Assembly: GCA_963730935.1 (NCBI GenBank)
Contig: CAVSTP010000004.1
Coordinates: 1,152,001 to 1,216,000, forward strand
Source of the DNA: an uncultured Nitrospiraceae bacterium
GTDB taxonomy: Bacteria > Nitrospirota > Nitrospiria > Nitrospirales > Nitrospiraceae
Reading direction: 5' to 3'
DNA: 64,000 bases
Of the stretch, positions 10,768 to 21,334 are shown in pieces (position 1 is the stretch's first letter; each line of letters starts with the position of its first letter). Both the position numbers and the translations under genes were made by a program. Under the pieces are notes generated by a model that did not search any database, was not told where the DNA came from, and saw nothing but the letters and a program-made list of their open reading frames with translations.

Positions 10768-12327
10768 TTACAGATTACCCTTTAGACCGGAAACGGCCCT
10801 CGCGTATTTGGCTGCCGTGTTATTTACGCAAAAACAAAACAATGCGCCATCAAGATGCGACCACATCAGCTTGAAATGGAATTGACACCTAAACACTTTA
10901 GAAATCACTCGTTCCGCATAATAAACGAGAGCGTACCGTCGCTCCGATTTCAGCATCAGAATAGAATTTAGCCATCGAACCAATGGCCACAGCGAAAGCG
11001 TGACTTTAGCCATGATTTTTTCATCTACTAACCAGTCAAAAAATTCCTGCCGAAGTGCCTTCCCATGCGGGATCGCTGGTGGAGGGAAAATCAGCGCGGA
11101 AGCCATCTTGGACTGCCCAAAGAGATGCCTGGGAACCCCCGCTTCTTCGGCAATCCGCCTGGGGATAGGCCGATCATATGCGTTCCCCAACCGCCACGGA
11201 TCCATCTCAGATGACTCTGTAATACGGACGATATCTGCTTTTTGTCTGGCCCCCATGAAGGGTAACGGCAACTGGACAAAACCAACAACGAGACGTAGTT
11301 CGCCCATTCCGTGTCCCCCGAGATCCCCTCGCCTTAGGGAAGAATCAAGAAAAGTCCGCAGGGCCACATTATCTCTCGACCATACGACGTCACCGTTTAT
11401 CCCCGTCAGCAGGAGGCTTACTTTTCCCATGAACTTCCTGATGTCTTTTAGGTTGGCATCCTGGTTGTGGTGGAGTGCACAGTAATAGAGGTACTCTTGA
11501 TCAAATTCTTCGGTGTAGGCACGCCGATTGAGCGGAATACAATTCAACGCGAAAACCTCACAAATCTCACTACCGTCGTCATCGGGTAACTTTACATCGT
11601 CATACGGGGCTTGATGAAATATGCTTTTGGCTTTGGTGATAGTAAAAACTTTATCTATTCCTTGTTCACGAGCAATTGCATTTATCGCCGTGGTATCGTA
11701 GCCCTTGGATTGGGTTGAACATATCTCGAGCGGGTGAGTCCGAGCCTCATCTCGCGCATTGACCGCGATGAATGCGTAGTTATTCCGAAGGTAGCCATAG
11801 TACTCTTCGAAGCATGAAAATCGTGGCGGCATGCTCTTGTCCGCATCACAGAGTTTTTCTTTTGAGACGTCAAGGTTCCAATACATCTGACGACGTACCT
11901 TGCCCTTCTTCGTAGGAATGTCCCGCAAATAGTCGTTAATACCATCTAAGATCGACTCGCAGATTTCGGGATACTTCTGACAGCCGGGATCAAGAGCGTC
12001 ACCGGTACAGGCTAACAGCAGCGGTAAGGAATTAGATACCGTGACCTGCTCTCCATCTTCGGCATAGTACAAGTAGTCTGTTGTTGCTGTGCTTGTCACG
12101 AATCGAATCGATTCATCGCTCACTATGCCACCGGATCCGAACACGCAGTCGGTTTCGCCAAAATTACCACTCTCAAAAGGACCGTTCCACACTCCCTCAA
12201 TGAAAAAGTTCTCGCGGACTTCAACCTTGGGGCCATGCACTAGCGTGACGATTTCATGCTTGCGGTCAACCTCGGCGACCCACGCAAGTTGTGGCAAGGT
12301 TACGCCGCTAATGGATCGCAATTGCAT
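10768..12327 (-). CDS. Asparagine-synthetase-fold (PP-loop) hypothetical protein, paralogue 2
   Basis: STQSKGYDT (PP-loop-like), LLTGINGD, LPLPF, DRPIPRRIAEEAGVP...K. No N-terminal Cys. Start taken at MQLRS to match the paralogue. Confidence 0.55.
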   Translation of the reverse strand: MQLRSISGVTLPQLAWVAEVDRKHEIVTLVHGPKVEVRENFFIEGVWNGPFESGNFGETDCVFGSGGIVSDESIRFVTSTATTDYLYYAEDGEQVTVSNSLPLLLACTGDALDPGCQKYPEICESILDGINDYLRDIPTKKGKVRRQMYWNLDVSKEKLCDADKSMPPRFSCFEEYYGYLRNNYAFIAVNARDEARTHPLEICSTQSKGYDTTAINAIAREQGIDKVFTITKAKSIFHQAPYDDVKLPDDDGSEICEVFALNCIPLNRRAYTEEFDQEYLYYCALHHNQDANLKDIRKFMGKVSLLLTGINGDVVWSRDNVALRTFLDSSLRRGDLGGHGMGELRLVVGFVQLPLPFMGARQKADIVRITESSEMDPWRLGNAYDRPIPRRIAEEAGVPRHLFGQSKMASALIFPPPAIPHGKALRQEFFDWLVDEKIMAKVTLSLWPLVRWLNSILMLKSERRYALVYYAERVISKVFRCQFHFKLMWSHLDGALFCFCVNNTAAKYARAVSGLKGNL

Positions 12328-13936
12328 CGCGGCGCCTAGCCTTGTGAACATGGGATGAAGTGATGTTCCTGGTTCTCTCTGACAGAGGGAATTCGCTCAC
12401 TTCCCATCTATACTTTTCAGCCGTTTGATTCACACAAAAACAAAAAAGAGCGCCTTCCAGATGCGACCATAGCAATTTGAATTGGAACTTCCGTCTTCGG
12501 ACTTTGGAAATAACTCGCTCAGCATAATGAACAAGAACAAAGCGCTGCTCCGATTTCAGCATCAGAATTGAGTTCACCCAGCGAACGATCGGCCACATCA
12601 TTGCGCTATATCTTCCCATGATCTTTTCGTCCAGCAAGTACTGAAAGAACTCACGCCTTAGTGTCTTGCCATACGGTATAGACGGAAGATGAAAGATGAC
12701 CACTGAACCCATTTTGGACTGGCCAAACATGTGCCGAGGTATACCGGCCTCTTCAGCAATCCGTCTGGCGATAGGTCGGTCATAATCGTTTCTTAAGCGC
12801 CAGGGATCCATCTCTGCTGACTCCGTAATTTTGACGATATCTGCTTTTCTCCTTGCTCCAATGAATGGCACTGGCAGGTGGATAAAGCCGACGACAAGAC
12901 GGAGCTCGGCCAGACCGTGCCCAGCTACATCAAGCCTTTTTATTGTGGAGTCCGCCATGAGCGGCGGATCGACAAAGGGATCGTTTGCACAAAGAATTTC
13001 TCCGTGCACTCCCGTCAGAAGGACTCCCGGGTTCGTGATGTGTCTATTGATTTCTTTTAGATTGACGTCCTGATTGTGGTGACGAGCGCAGTAATACAGG
13101 TACTCTTCGTCGAATGATTCCGTGAACGCGCGTCTATTCATGGGAATGCACTTGAGTCCAAGCGCGTTGCAGATCTCGGTGCCGTCATCGTCTGGTGATT
13201 TGCCTTCATCGTTATGTACCAAATGAATTTTGCTCTTTGCCGTCGTGACAGTGAAGACCTTGTCGAGTCCATGGATGCTGGCCATCGCATTGATAGAAGT
13301 CGTATCATACCCCTTCGATTGAGTAGACCAGATTTCAAGCTGATGGGTCCGAGACGTATCCCTTGCATTCGCAGCTATGAGCGCATAATTGTCACGTCGA
13401 TAGTTCCTGTAGTCCTCGAAAGACTGGAACCTCGGCGGCATACGTTTGTCAGATTCACTGATGCGATCTCCAAAAACATCCAGGTTCCGGTACATCTGAC
13501 GTCGTATTCTGCCCTTCACCGTCGGTATGTCGCGCCGGTACCCATCAATCCCGTCCAGGAATGAATCGCAGATGCTCGGAAACTCCTGGCACCGGGGATC
13601 AAGCGCATCATCACGGTATGCGAGGATCAGTGCCAAGGAATTGGATACCGTTATGCCGATTGCGCTTTCAGCATAGTACAAGCAATCGACGGTTGATGCG
13701 CTCGTTACGAATCGTATCGATGTATCGCCAAGAATTGCGCCGGTTCCAAACACACAGTCCGTCTCGCCGAAGTTGCCGCTTTCGAACGGCCCGTTCCATA
13801 CCCCCTCGATAAAAAAGTCTTCTTGGATCTCGACTGACGAGCCGTGTTGAAGGAATACTACGCCGTTTTTTCGGTGTACTTCCGCAACCCAGGCGAGTTT
13901 CGGCAGCGATGGAACGGCAACCGCTTTAAGTTGCAT
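12308..13936 (-). CDS. Asparagine-synthetase-fold (PP-loop) hypothetical protein, paralogue 1
   Basis: STQSKGYDT, LLTGVHGE, LPVPF, DRPIARRIAEEAGIP...K. Collinear with 10768-12327 and shares long identical blocks such as FFIEGVWNGPFESGNFGETDCVFG. Confidence 0.55.
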   Translation of the reverse strand: MQLKAVAVPSLPKLAWVAEVHRKNGVVFLQHGSSVEIQEDFFIEGVWNGPFESGNFGETDCVFGTGAILGDTSIRFVTSASTVDCLYYAESAIGITVSNSLALILAYRDDALDPRCQEFPSICDSFLDGIDGYRRDIPTVKGRIRRQMYRNLDVFGDRISESDKRMPPRFQSFEDYRNYRRDNYALIAANARDTSRTHQLEIWSTQSKGYDTTSINAMASIHGLDKVFTVTTAKSKIHLVHNDEGKSPDDDGTEICNALGLKCIPMNRRAFTESFDEEYLYYCARHHNQDVNLKEINRHITNPGVLLTGVHGEILCANDPFVDPPLMADSTIKRLDVAGHGLAELRLVVGFIHLPVPFIGARRKADIVKITESAEMDPWRLRNDYDRPIARRIAEEAGIPRHMFGQSKMGSVVIFHLPSIPYGKTLRREFFQYLLDEKIMGRYSAMMWPIVRWVNSILMLKSEQRFVLVHYAERVISKVRRRKFQFKLLWSHLEGALFCFCVNQTAEKYRWEVSEFPLSERTRNITSSHVHKARRRDAIAIH

Positions 13937-14097
13937 TTATTCTTACCCCTGTATGATCTAGGATGGTTGAGGGGACCGTGCAGTTGATCACACAACTGGA
14001 AACGTCATCAGTAGAGCGTCAAACGTCGCGGACCTAAAAGCCTAGACCGCAGGAGAATATTGGATCTGTGTTCAGCAGAGGTTTTTGAAGGTGTGTA

Positions 14098-15069
14098 CTA
14101 TCCCAATTCCGGAGACGTCAGCCATTTCTCCCCTAACCTCAAGTCCCAAATTTTAGGACTCATCGTTAATGAACCGGCAGGAGTAAACGTATACTCGCCA
14201 AAGTATGTTTTCTCTTTGACGCTGTACAGATCAACGCGGACGAACCCAAAGCCCATAGATAATTTCGACGCCATCGACAGCATTTGGTCCAAATTTGCCG
14301 GCTTCGGAACAGCAGGCCTTGCTACACCCGGCCTATAATGAAGATCGAGAAGATTCCATTTTGTGTCAAAAAAAGGATTGATATCATGAGCGCGATTGTC
14401 CACTTGAATAACCTCCGGCACCCCCTCAAAACACCAGAATCGATAATCCAGTGGACCGCTGCCATCCTCGTTTTTCAGGTACTCCTCGATCATGATTCGA
14501 GGCTTGATGTCATAGTATTGATGCTCTCGTCCTGCCCAATAGTAGTTGCTTTTCAACCACTCGCTTAGTTTTTCAATGATCCCCTTCCTGTCAGCCTTTC
14601 CCTTCACGACGATAACTCGTGCGCTGCCATGATTGGTCTTTACGACATACTCAGCAGGCAACGCATCAAAGGGTATAGCGTCCGGATCTGTGCCGTGCCA
14701 AAAAAGCCTTACTAAATGCTCCTGCCCGATCTTCTTCGCCACGTGATCTCGCGCCGTATACTTGTCGGCGAGTTGCGTAAAGATCGGGGCGTGCCCCCGG
14801 TTCCATGAGATCATTCTGCAATACAGCTTCTCGCTGAACGTCTCAGGAATGTTCATATTGAGCGGCTTTCCAGTTCCGCTGATATACTGTTGTAGCAGCA
14901 ATCGTTCGCCCTCGAATCGACGCAACAAATGTCTTTTAAGATTCCGAAGTTTATTCAATAGATGATGAATCCACGTGTCGCGTAGCATTGATGCGACGTA
15001 GCTGTGAAACCCTTGATGCTGCGACATAACGTTTTCCTGATTCGGAACAGCGATCTCGGTGCGAATCAT
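14098..15069 (-). CDS. TupA-like ATP-grasp protein
   Basis: P.TFSEKL, LADKY..R, VKTNHGS, IKPRIMIEEYL, DYRFWCF.G, FVRVDLY, FGEYTFTP. Confidence 0.9.
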   Translation of the reverse strand: MIRTEIAVPNQENVMSQHQGFHSYVASMLRDTWIHHLLNKLRNLKRHLLRRFEGERLLLQQYISGTGKPLNMNIPETFSEKLYCRMISWNRGHAPIFTQLADKYTARDHVAKKIGQEHLVRLFWHGTDPDAIPFDALPAEYVVKTNHGSARVIVVKGKADRKGIIEKLSEWLKSNYYWAGREHQYYDIKPRIMIEEYLKNEDGSGPLDYRFWCFEGVPEVIQVDNRAHDINPFFDTKWNLLDLHYRPGVARPAVPKPANLDQMLSMASKLSMGFGFVRVDLYSVKEKTYFGEYTFTPAGSLTMSPKIWDLRLGEKWLTSPELG

Positions 15070-16070
15070 ACTAGCTTTTTTTGGGTATAATTCGCTATTT
15101 TCTTATACACCTTTGCCGAGGTGCTTAGCGGATTCACCGCCAACTCGAGCATCTCAGCTAACGTTGCCTTAGCAACTTTTCCCCAGTTCAAGGAATAACC
15201 AAGTCTACCTAGCTCGTCTTTATGGAACTTCCAAAATCCCTTGTCCCTTTTGCCAAAGACTTTGGTACCTAAAAACTTGTAATAAGTCTCCCAGCATCGT
15301 TGGACTGACTGGTTGTATTCGTCATCCGCCAAGTAGCTTCGTCCGTACTTGCTTAAATGCTCTAAGTTCGCAAGGTAGTCGGTCCCGAAGCGGCTGCAAA
15401 AGGCGGTCTCTGACTGGGAATGATCACGTGTGAATGTCAATACTTGATGCACGAAACCATAGTCGCGGTCTCTCAGAATATCGAGGCAGACCTCGATATC
15501 GCAATGAGGGTTAGCTTCGTTGTAAAAAGCAGGGCGTTTTCTCACCTCATTCGAGCGAATCAGCATCGACGTTGGCGATCCGAACACGTAGGGACCGCCT
15601 AAAAGAGTGGTCCTGCAAATTTCTCGGCCAGAGAAGACACTAGCCCCATACGGTAACCCGTCCCAACAGACGCGAACATTGCGCAATCCGTAGGAGCCAA
15701 CGATTGCCACCCTAGGATTCGCTTCTGCCAACTCGACCATCTTCATAATGCATTCAGGGAAGATCCAATCATCAGCATGCACGACCTTACAATACTTACT
15801 CTCCGGGGAGATCTGCCGAAAAGCAATATTTCCATTCGGGTCACATCCAACGAATTCCACGTTATTGTGGATGCGAATCCGTTTGTCTCTTTCTGCATAG
15901 CTCTGCGCGATTTCAAGCGTTCGATCCGTGCTGCAATTGTTGACGATGCAATACTCCCAATTCTGATAGGTTTGCGCCAATACACTGTCGATACACTCCG
16001 CCAAGTATTTCTCTCCGTTATACACTGGCGTGAGCACGCTGACCAATGGTTGCTGCTGATCAGGATTCAT
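15066..16070 (-). CDS. GT2 glycosyltransferase
   Basis: PLVSVLTPVYNGEKYL, NNCSTD, HADD. Confidence 0.9.
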   Translation of the reverse strand: MNPDQQQPLVSVLTPVYNGEKYLAECIDSVLAQTYQNWEYCIVNNCSTDRTLEIAQSYAERDKRIRIHNNVEFVGCDPNGNIAFRQISPESKYCKVVHADDWIFPECIMKMVELAEANPRVAIVGSYGLRNVRVCWDGLPYGASVFSGREICRTTLLGGPYVFGSPTSMLIRSNEVRKRPAFYNEANPHCDIEVCLDILRDRDYGFVHQVLTFTRDHSQSETAFCSRFGTDYLANLEHLSKYGRSYLADDEYNQSVQRCWETYYKFLGTKVFGKRDKGFWKFHKDELGRLGYSLNWGKVAKATLAEMLELAVNPLSTSAKVYKKIANYTQKKLV

Positions 16071-16103
16071 TTGTAACACCGACTTCCTCTCATCGATGTG
16101 CCT

Positions 16104-17384
16104 TCAGGGGTCAAGCACGGTTTCCCAATTCAAGAGCGGTCTTACTGCGCCGGGAAAGGGTCCAGCCCATTCGCCGCGTGCCGAGTCGCCTTCACAAGAG
16201 TCAGTAACCATAAACGCTATGGTGTGGCGTTCACAGAACTGTTCGCTTGGCGGCTCTATGGTCCACATTTCCACATCAACGAATATGGTCCCCTCGGCAA
16301 GATAATTACCAGGAATCCAGGCCGTGCTTCGGTAACGCCCGGCCGGCCGGACACGCCCTCGCCAGGCAGGATCGTGCTCAATAGAAACAAACAGGCGCAC
16401 CCCTTCCTCGTCGTGCAATACGACAGCCGGCATCAGTTTGTAACCAGGTTTGAGCACCTCATATTCCATCTCAATACCGACCGGCTTTCGGATATCCATC
16501 CTCTCGCTGGACTGCCCCTCTTCGTTGCGGACTCGTGCGGCCCGAAGCCGAGCGACCTCCCCCCCAGGTGCCTTGCTGGGGGACAGCCATTCGCGAGAGG
16601 ACATCTTACCAAGGTCTGCATTCAGATACGCCTTGACCACATCATGGGAGATCCCATCCCGACATAATTTACCCTCTTCCAAAAACATCACTCGGTTGCA
16701 CAGCCGTGTGACGGCCGGCATGTTATGGCTCACAAAGAAGATCGTGCGCCCTTGCTTTGCCACGCCCTCCATTTTGCCCAAGCATTTCTTTTGAAACGCG
16801 ACGTCTCCTACTGCCAATACCTCATCAACGATGAGGATGTCGGGTTCCAAATGGGCTGCCACAGAAAATGCCAATCGCAGATACATCCCGCTGGAATAAT
16901 GCTTGACTGGAGTGTCGATGAATTGCTCCACGTCGGCAAAGTCCACGATTTCATCAAACTTTCTGGCGATCTCGGCCCGTTTCATTCCCAAAATCGTGCC
17001 ATTCAGATATACGTTCTCTCGTCCAGTGAGTTCACCGTGAAATCCTGTTCCCACTTCGAGTAATGACGACACTCGACCATTGATTTCGATCCGTCCGCAG
17101 GTCGGTTCTGTGATGCGGGAGAGCATCTTGAGCAACGTACTCTTGCCGGCGCCGTTACGCCCGATAATCCCGAGCACTTCACCTTCGTTCACTTGAAACG
17201 AGACATCCTTGAGTGCCCAAAAACTATCCGGCTCCGCGGAATCCGGTTTTCTAGACCCATTTAAGCGGAACATAGACTTCAGGCGGGAGACGAGGTCGTC
17301 ACGGAGAGTGCCATAGGTCTTTTGACGACCACCGATTTTGTATTGTTTCGAAATCCCATCGACCCGGACAGCTATCTGACTCAT
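16104..17384 (-). CDS. wzt: Polysaccharide ABC transporter ATPase with C-terminal Wzt_C domain
   Basis: GRNGAGKST, YSSGM, ILIVDEVLAVGD, plus a ~170-aa C-terminal extension. Confidence 0.93.
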   Translation of the reverse strand: MSQIAVRVDGISKQYKIGGRQKTYGTLRDDLVSRLKSMFRLNGSRKPDSAEPDSFWALKDVSFQVNEGEVLGIIGRNGAGKSTLLKMLSRITEPTCGRIEINGRVSSLLEVGTGFHGELTGRENVYLNGTILGMKRAEIARKFDEIVDFADVEQFIDTPVKHYSSGMYLRLAFSVAAHLEPDILIVDEVLAVGDVAFQKKCLGKMEGVAKQGRTIFFVSHNMPAVTRLCNRVMFLEEGKLCRDGISHDVVKAYLNADLGKMSSREWLSPSKAPGGEVARLRAARVRNEEGQSSERMDIRKPVGIEMEYEVLKPGYKLMPAVVLHDEEGVRLFVSIEHDPAWRGRVRPAGRYRSTAWIPGNYLAEGTIFVDVEMWTIEPPSEQFCERHTIAFMVTDSCEGDSARGEWAGPFPGAVRPLLNWETVLDP

Positions 17385-17464
17385 ATCTATTACTTTCCCG
17401 CTTTATTCAATGCGTCTTACACAAGACCCGAGTTGCGCTCTCACCATCTGGGCGAACGTCCTGC

Positions 17465-18319
17465 TCAAATCACATCAGCAAATTGACGCTCCATCTGCCT
17501 GAAGTAGACCAAGCTGACGAGCAAAAAGACGACAAACACAAGGAAACTCGCTGCCATGACCGTCGGATCAGGAGCCGTTTGTCCAAGCAGTGCCCAGCGG
17601 AAGCCCTCAATCACTCCTGCCATCGGATTGAGACCATAGAGAAACCTCCACTTTTCTGGAACGAGGCTGACAGGATACACAATCGGCGACACAAACATCC
17701 AAATCTGCATCAGAAAGGGAATGGCATGACCAACATCGCGGTACTTCACATTCGTGGCCGAGACCACAAGGCTCACTCCCATGGCTGAAATCATGGCGAT
17801 GAGTATGAAGATAGGCAGAGTCGCTAGCTTCCAAGTGAGTGGGATGCCAGCATAAATGAGCATGCCAAATAACAGAATCAGAGACAATCCAAAATCTACC
17901 AATGGTGCAAGGACCGTTGAGAGGGGGAGCAACATCCGTGGAAAGTAAATCTTATTGACCAGATTGGCATTGCTGACCAGAGCCCCTCCTGCACGGGTGA
18001 CCGCTTGGCTAAAATAGGTCCATGGCAGTAGAGCAGTTAACGCGAAGACGGGGTACCACACACCGTCGGAGGGCATTTTGGCAAGCCCCCCAAAAATCAC
18101 AGTAAAAATCAGCATCGTCACGAGCGGCTGCAGCAACACCCAGCTCATACCGATAGCCGTTTGTTTATAACGTAGTTTGAGCTCTCGCCCAACTAACGCG
18201 TACAACAATTCCCGATATTCCCAGAGTTCAGACCAACCCACATCGAACAGTCCGATTCTCTTCTCGATGATCAGCTTCTTTTTTGAAGAAGGCATTGCTC
18301 GACTGGGAGCTTTCGCCAC
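17465..18319 (-). CDS. wzm: Polysaccharide ABC transporter permease
   Basis: RELKLRYKQTAIG..W..LQPL, KIYFPR, PIVYP, LNPM.G.IEGFR. Confidence 0.93.
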   Translation of the reverse strand: MAKAPSRAMPSSKKKLIIEKRIGLFDVGWSELWEYRELLYALVGRELKLRYKQTAIGMSWVLLQPLVTMLIFTVIFGGLAKMPSDGVWYPVFALTALLPWTYFSQAVTRAGGALVSNANLVNKIYFPRMLLPLSTVLAPLVDFGLSLILLFGMLIYAGIPLTWKLATLPIFILIAMISAMGVSLVVSATNVKYRDVGHAIPFLMQIWMFVSPIVYPVSLVPEKWRFLYGLNPMAGVIEGFRWALLGQTAPDPTVMAASFLVFVVFLLVSLVYFRQMERQFADVI

Positions 18320-18370
18320 TTACAGACGACTTTACTAACGACCCTGCATCCAATTGCATGCCCTTTCCCC

Positions 18371-19709
18371 CTACTTCCATTCAGCCGTCAGGAATATTGC
18401 CACCGCATTGCGCAACATCGTATAGCCGAAACCTGGTGTCTGAGTCTGGAAATCATTGTGCTCGTAATTGAGATCTACGCTCATCTGCTTCGTCAATCGA
18501 TAATTCAGTCCTGTGAGAATGGAAAAACTCCTAAAGGTGGTGCCTGTCTCGAGAGGAACCGTTTCACTATAGCCGTAGTTTACGCTTCCTCTTAAAGTCA
18601 ATGCCTTTGTGTATCGGTGTATGACCTGTAACTGTGCAAGATTGCTGATCATCGCTCCAGATGTGATGTAGAACGATGGGGACGCTTGTCGTGATAATGT
18701 CAGCTGGACGGTCGTCGACCGTTCAGGATTATTCGAGATGGTAATGTTTCCAGTCGGGAATGCCTTGCTCGCAGGTTCAATCAACGTGACGCCTCCGCCC
18801 ACAGCGAATGTCCAGCTAGGAGTCGTTCTATAATAGTTAGCGGTAACCGATTGTGTATTTGTATTAATCGCCGTCCCTCCGGCCGGCGCGCCGGTCCTGG
18901 GTCTGAGCCTGAGACTGATTTATGAGACTCTGTTGGTACACCAGCGCGACGCTATCTAGCTTCGTCATTTCTAGCCTTGGTCCTACGGACCAGGTGTGGA
19001 CGTTCGTATCAAAGAATTGAATGGCTCCTGACTGAGTTGTATTGATCGGAGAGCCAACTCTGTACACAGAGAAAGCATACCCTCCCTGTATACCTATATC
19101 CCTAAAAATTGGTAAGAACCCATCAGTGTTCAACGTGTTTGAAAATGTATTGGCACGAAACGACTGGATGCCGCGTAGAAATGGATCCTGGGTGTTTGCC
19201 GCACCACCATTCAAGAAACCGGGAGACGTTGGGGTATAACGAAAGTAGTCGTAAATTCGGAGTTGCGCTCCTTTAGCGAAATGTTCCGCCCAACCATTGA
19301 GATTGGCGTAGGCGTCCACACGTGTCGAGATATAATTGAGGCCCTTATTGTGCGCATATACGTTGCCGTCGACTCCTCCAACGAGACTCGCTTCGACATC
19401 TTTATCTTTATGCAACGCTCTGACACTTCCCTGCAAGGTGGTCACAAAATCCCAGAGTTGAGTGCCCGGCGGTAGGAATTGTGCCGGAGCATACCATACG
19501 TTCGAGTCGTAGCGTTCAGAGACCGATAATGCCGGGATGATGCTTGTTCCGGGAGGGGTGGGACCGGGAATAGTGGTTACCTGTGCGCGAGCAATGAGTG
19601 GCTGAAGGGAAACTGTCCCCAAAAGCGCTGTCCACGCAATCAGAGCTATGATTGCGAAATTGACCCGTTGACTGCTCCCTCCACATTTACAATGCAGCAA
19701 CAGCGTCAC
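18371..19709 (-). CDS. Outer-membrane beta-barrel protein associated with polysaccharide export (frameshift ~18900)
   Basis: Signal peptide, SVSERYDSNV, alternating amphipathic strands, C-terminal FLTAEWK. The two ORFs join through TGAPAGGTAINTNTQSVTANYYR after one indel. Confidence 0.7.
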
Positions 19710-19874
19710 CAGAATACAGGTGAAACACGGCCGTAATCTGGTGACTATCAGAACAGTAGCGGTCCGACAGCCCGATCAGCCTCACAGGATGTAACAGACT
19801 CCCGCTTCTCGTCACGGATGGTCGTTCAGGGCTCAGAATCATATTCAGCCAGGTTTACCTTTTGAAAAGGGTGC

Positions 19875-20477
19875 CTAGGGCACTACCACGGTATCACCCG
19901 GATGCAGCACGATGTTGCCAGGCTCGCCTCGTCCGGACACGAGATCATCATACCGAATGGGAATATGCACCTCTTGCCGCTTGTGGTCTCCATTCTGAGT
20001 GGCCCGTACGACCTGCAATTTGTTTTTCTTGGCCCACTCGGTAAACCCTCCAGCCATAGAGATGGCTTGAAGCACTGTGACGTAGGATTTGAGCTGGAAC
20101 TTTCCGGGTTTTGAGACTTCCCCCAAGACGTATACAGAGTAACTGTTCAGTTCCTTTACGCTGACAGACACCGCTGGGTTCGCAATGTACTGCTTCAGGC
20201 GATCGGCAATACGTTGCGCGAGCGCATCTGCCGTGAGACCCGCCGCTTGCACGTCTCCGACAATCGGCATTGAAATGAGTCCATCAGGTCGGACAGCAGT
20301 GACTCGCGTCAAATCTTTGTTCCCCCATACGGTGATCTCTAACTCATCTTCAGGACCAAGCAAAAAACCGGTGGGAGCCTCATATGCCTTTGGCGCGAGG
20401 TCGGGCCCCAGGCAACCGCCCAGAAGTAACATCGCCCATATCAAGATGCCGCTTAGGAGTCTCATTTCATTGCGCAT
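19875..20477 (-). CDS. wza: Polysaccharide export (OPX/Wza-like) lipoprotein, short form
   Basis: Lipobox LLGGC, PES motif VRPDGLISMPIVGDVQAAGLT, one SLBB domain ending GDTVVVP*. Confidence 0.88.
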   Translation of the reverse strand: MRNEMRLLSGILIWAMLLLGGCLGPDLAPKAYEAPTGFLLGPEDELEITVWGNKDLTRVTAVRPDGLISMPIVGDVQAAGLTADALAQRIADRLKQYIANPAVSVSVKELNSYSVYVLGEVSKPGKFQLKSYVTVLQAISMAGGFTEWAKKNKLQVVRATQNGDHKRQEVHIPIRYDDLVSGRGEPGNIVLHPGDTVVVP

Positions 20478-20517
20478 GGGAGTCCCTATGATAAGTGGGT
20501 AGGATTGTTGCTGCATT

Positions 20518-21249
20518 TTACCGGCCTGGAAACACCACCATTGCTTCGCTCGGGACGACAATAGTGTCACCTGACTTCAGCTCAAAGTTTTCATTGATTC
20601 CGCTGCGAAGCACAATTTCATCATAACTCGCCGTCAGTCTTTTCATGCCAGGCGCATTCTCCGTGAACCGGAAGATGACGATTTGATTTCTGGCAGCGGT
20701 CGGGCTGAATCCTCCAGCTACCGTAATACTCTGTAGCAATGTCGTTTTGCTCTTGAGGGGAAATTTGCCAGAGTTCTTGACTTCCCCAAGCACAAAAAAA
20801 TTCGAGCTATTTACCTGATTTAAGCTTACAGCGACGACAGGATTTTGCACATACTCCTTCAGCTTATTGGTCATTTCTTCAGCTAATTGAGTGGGCGTCT
20901 TTCCAACAGCGACGATGTCACGAATGATTGGCAGGGATACTCGCCCATCCGGACGAACTTGGACGATCTTAGACAGGTCTGGATTTCTCCAGACCGTGAT
21001 CTCCAGCATGTCTTCTGCTCCGATGATGTACTCGCTGCTGACGGCGTTTGAGAGTTTTTCCATCACTTGCGGGGAAAGATTGCCATCCTTGTTTACCTGA
21101 GCGGTTTTTTCGTTGGGGGCAGAAGATGGACCATCAGCCGGCGTTTTAGCCTGGCCGACTGCCATGATAGGACCAGACTCGGAGATTCCAAGACGCGGAG
21201 CCCACAACACCGAAAGCAAGACCATCAAAGCGAATAACATGCGTTCCAT
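20518..21249 (-). CDS. wza: Polysaccharide export (OPX/Wza-like) protein, short form, no lipobox
   Basis: YIIGAEDML.I.VW, VRPDGRVSLP, SLBB ending GDTIVVP. RBS GAGGAGG precedes ATG 21249. Confidence 0.88.
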   Translation of the reverse strand: MERMLFALMVLLSVLWAPRLGISESGPIMAVGQAKTPADGPSSAPNEKTAQVNKDGNLSPQVMEKLSNAVSSEYIIGAEDMLEITVWRNPDLSKIVQVRPDGRVSLPIIRDIVAVGKTPTQLAEEMTNKLKEYVQNPVVAVSLNQVNSSNFFVLGEVKNSGKFPLKSKTTLLQSITVAGGFSPTAARNQIVIFRFTENAPGMKRLTASYDEIVLRSGINENFELKSGDTIVVPSEAMVVFPGR

Positions 21250-21334
21250 AAAAGTATAGCCCTCCTCTCTTTGCAGCAACCGATAATTTGAGAATGCTGC
21301 GTATCTCACTCGGCCAGAAGTCGGGTGCACCTGC

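Noticed and set aside
18879..18898. GC palindrome CCGGCGCGCCGG at the beta-barrel frameshift
   Set aside because: It encodes TGAPAG in the repaired frame and shows no target duplication or second copy. It is more likely a cause of sequencing error than an element.
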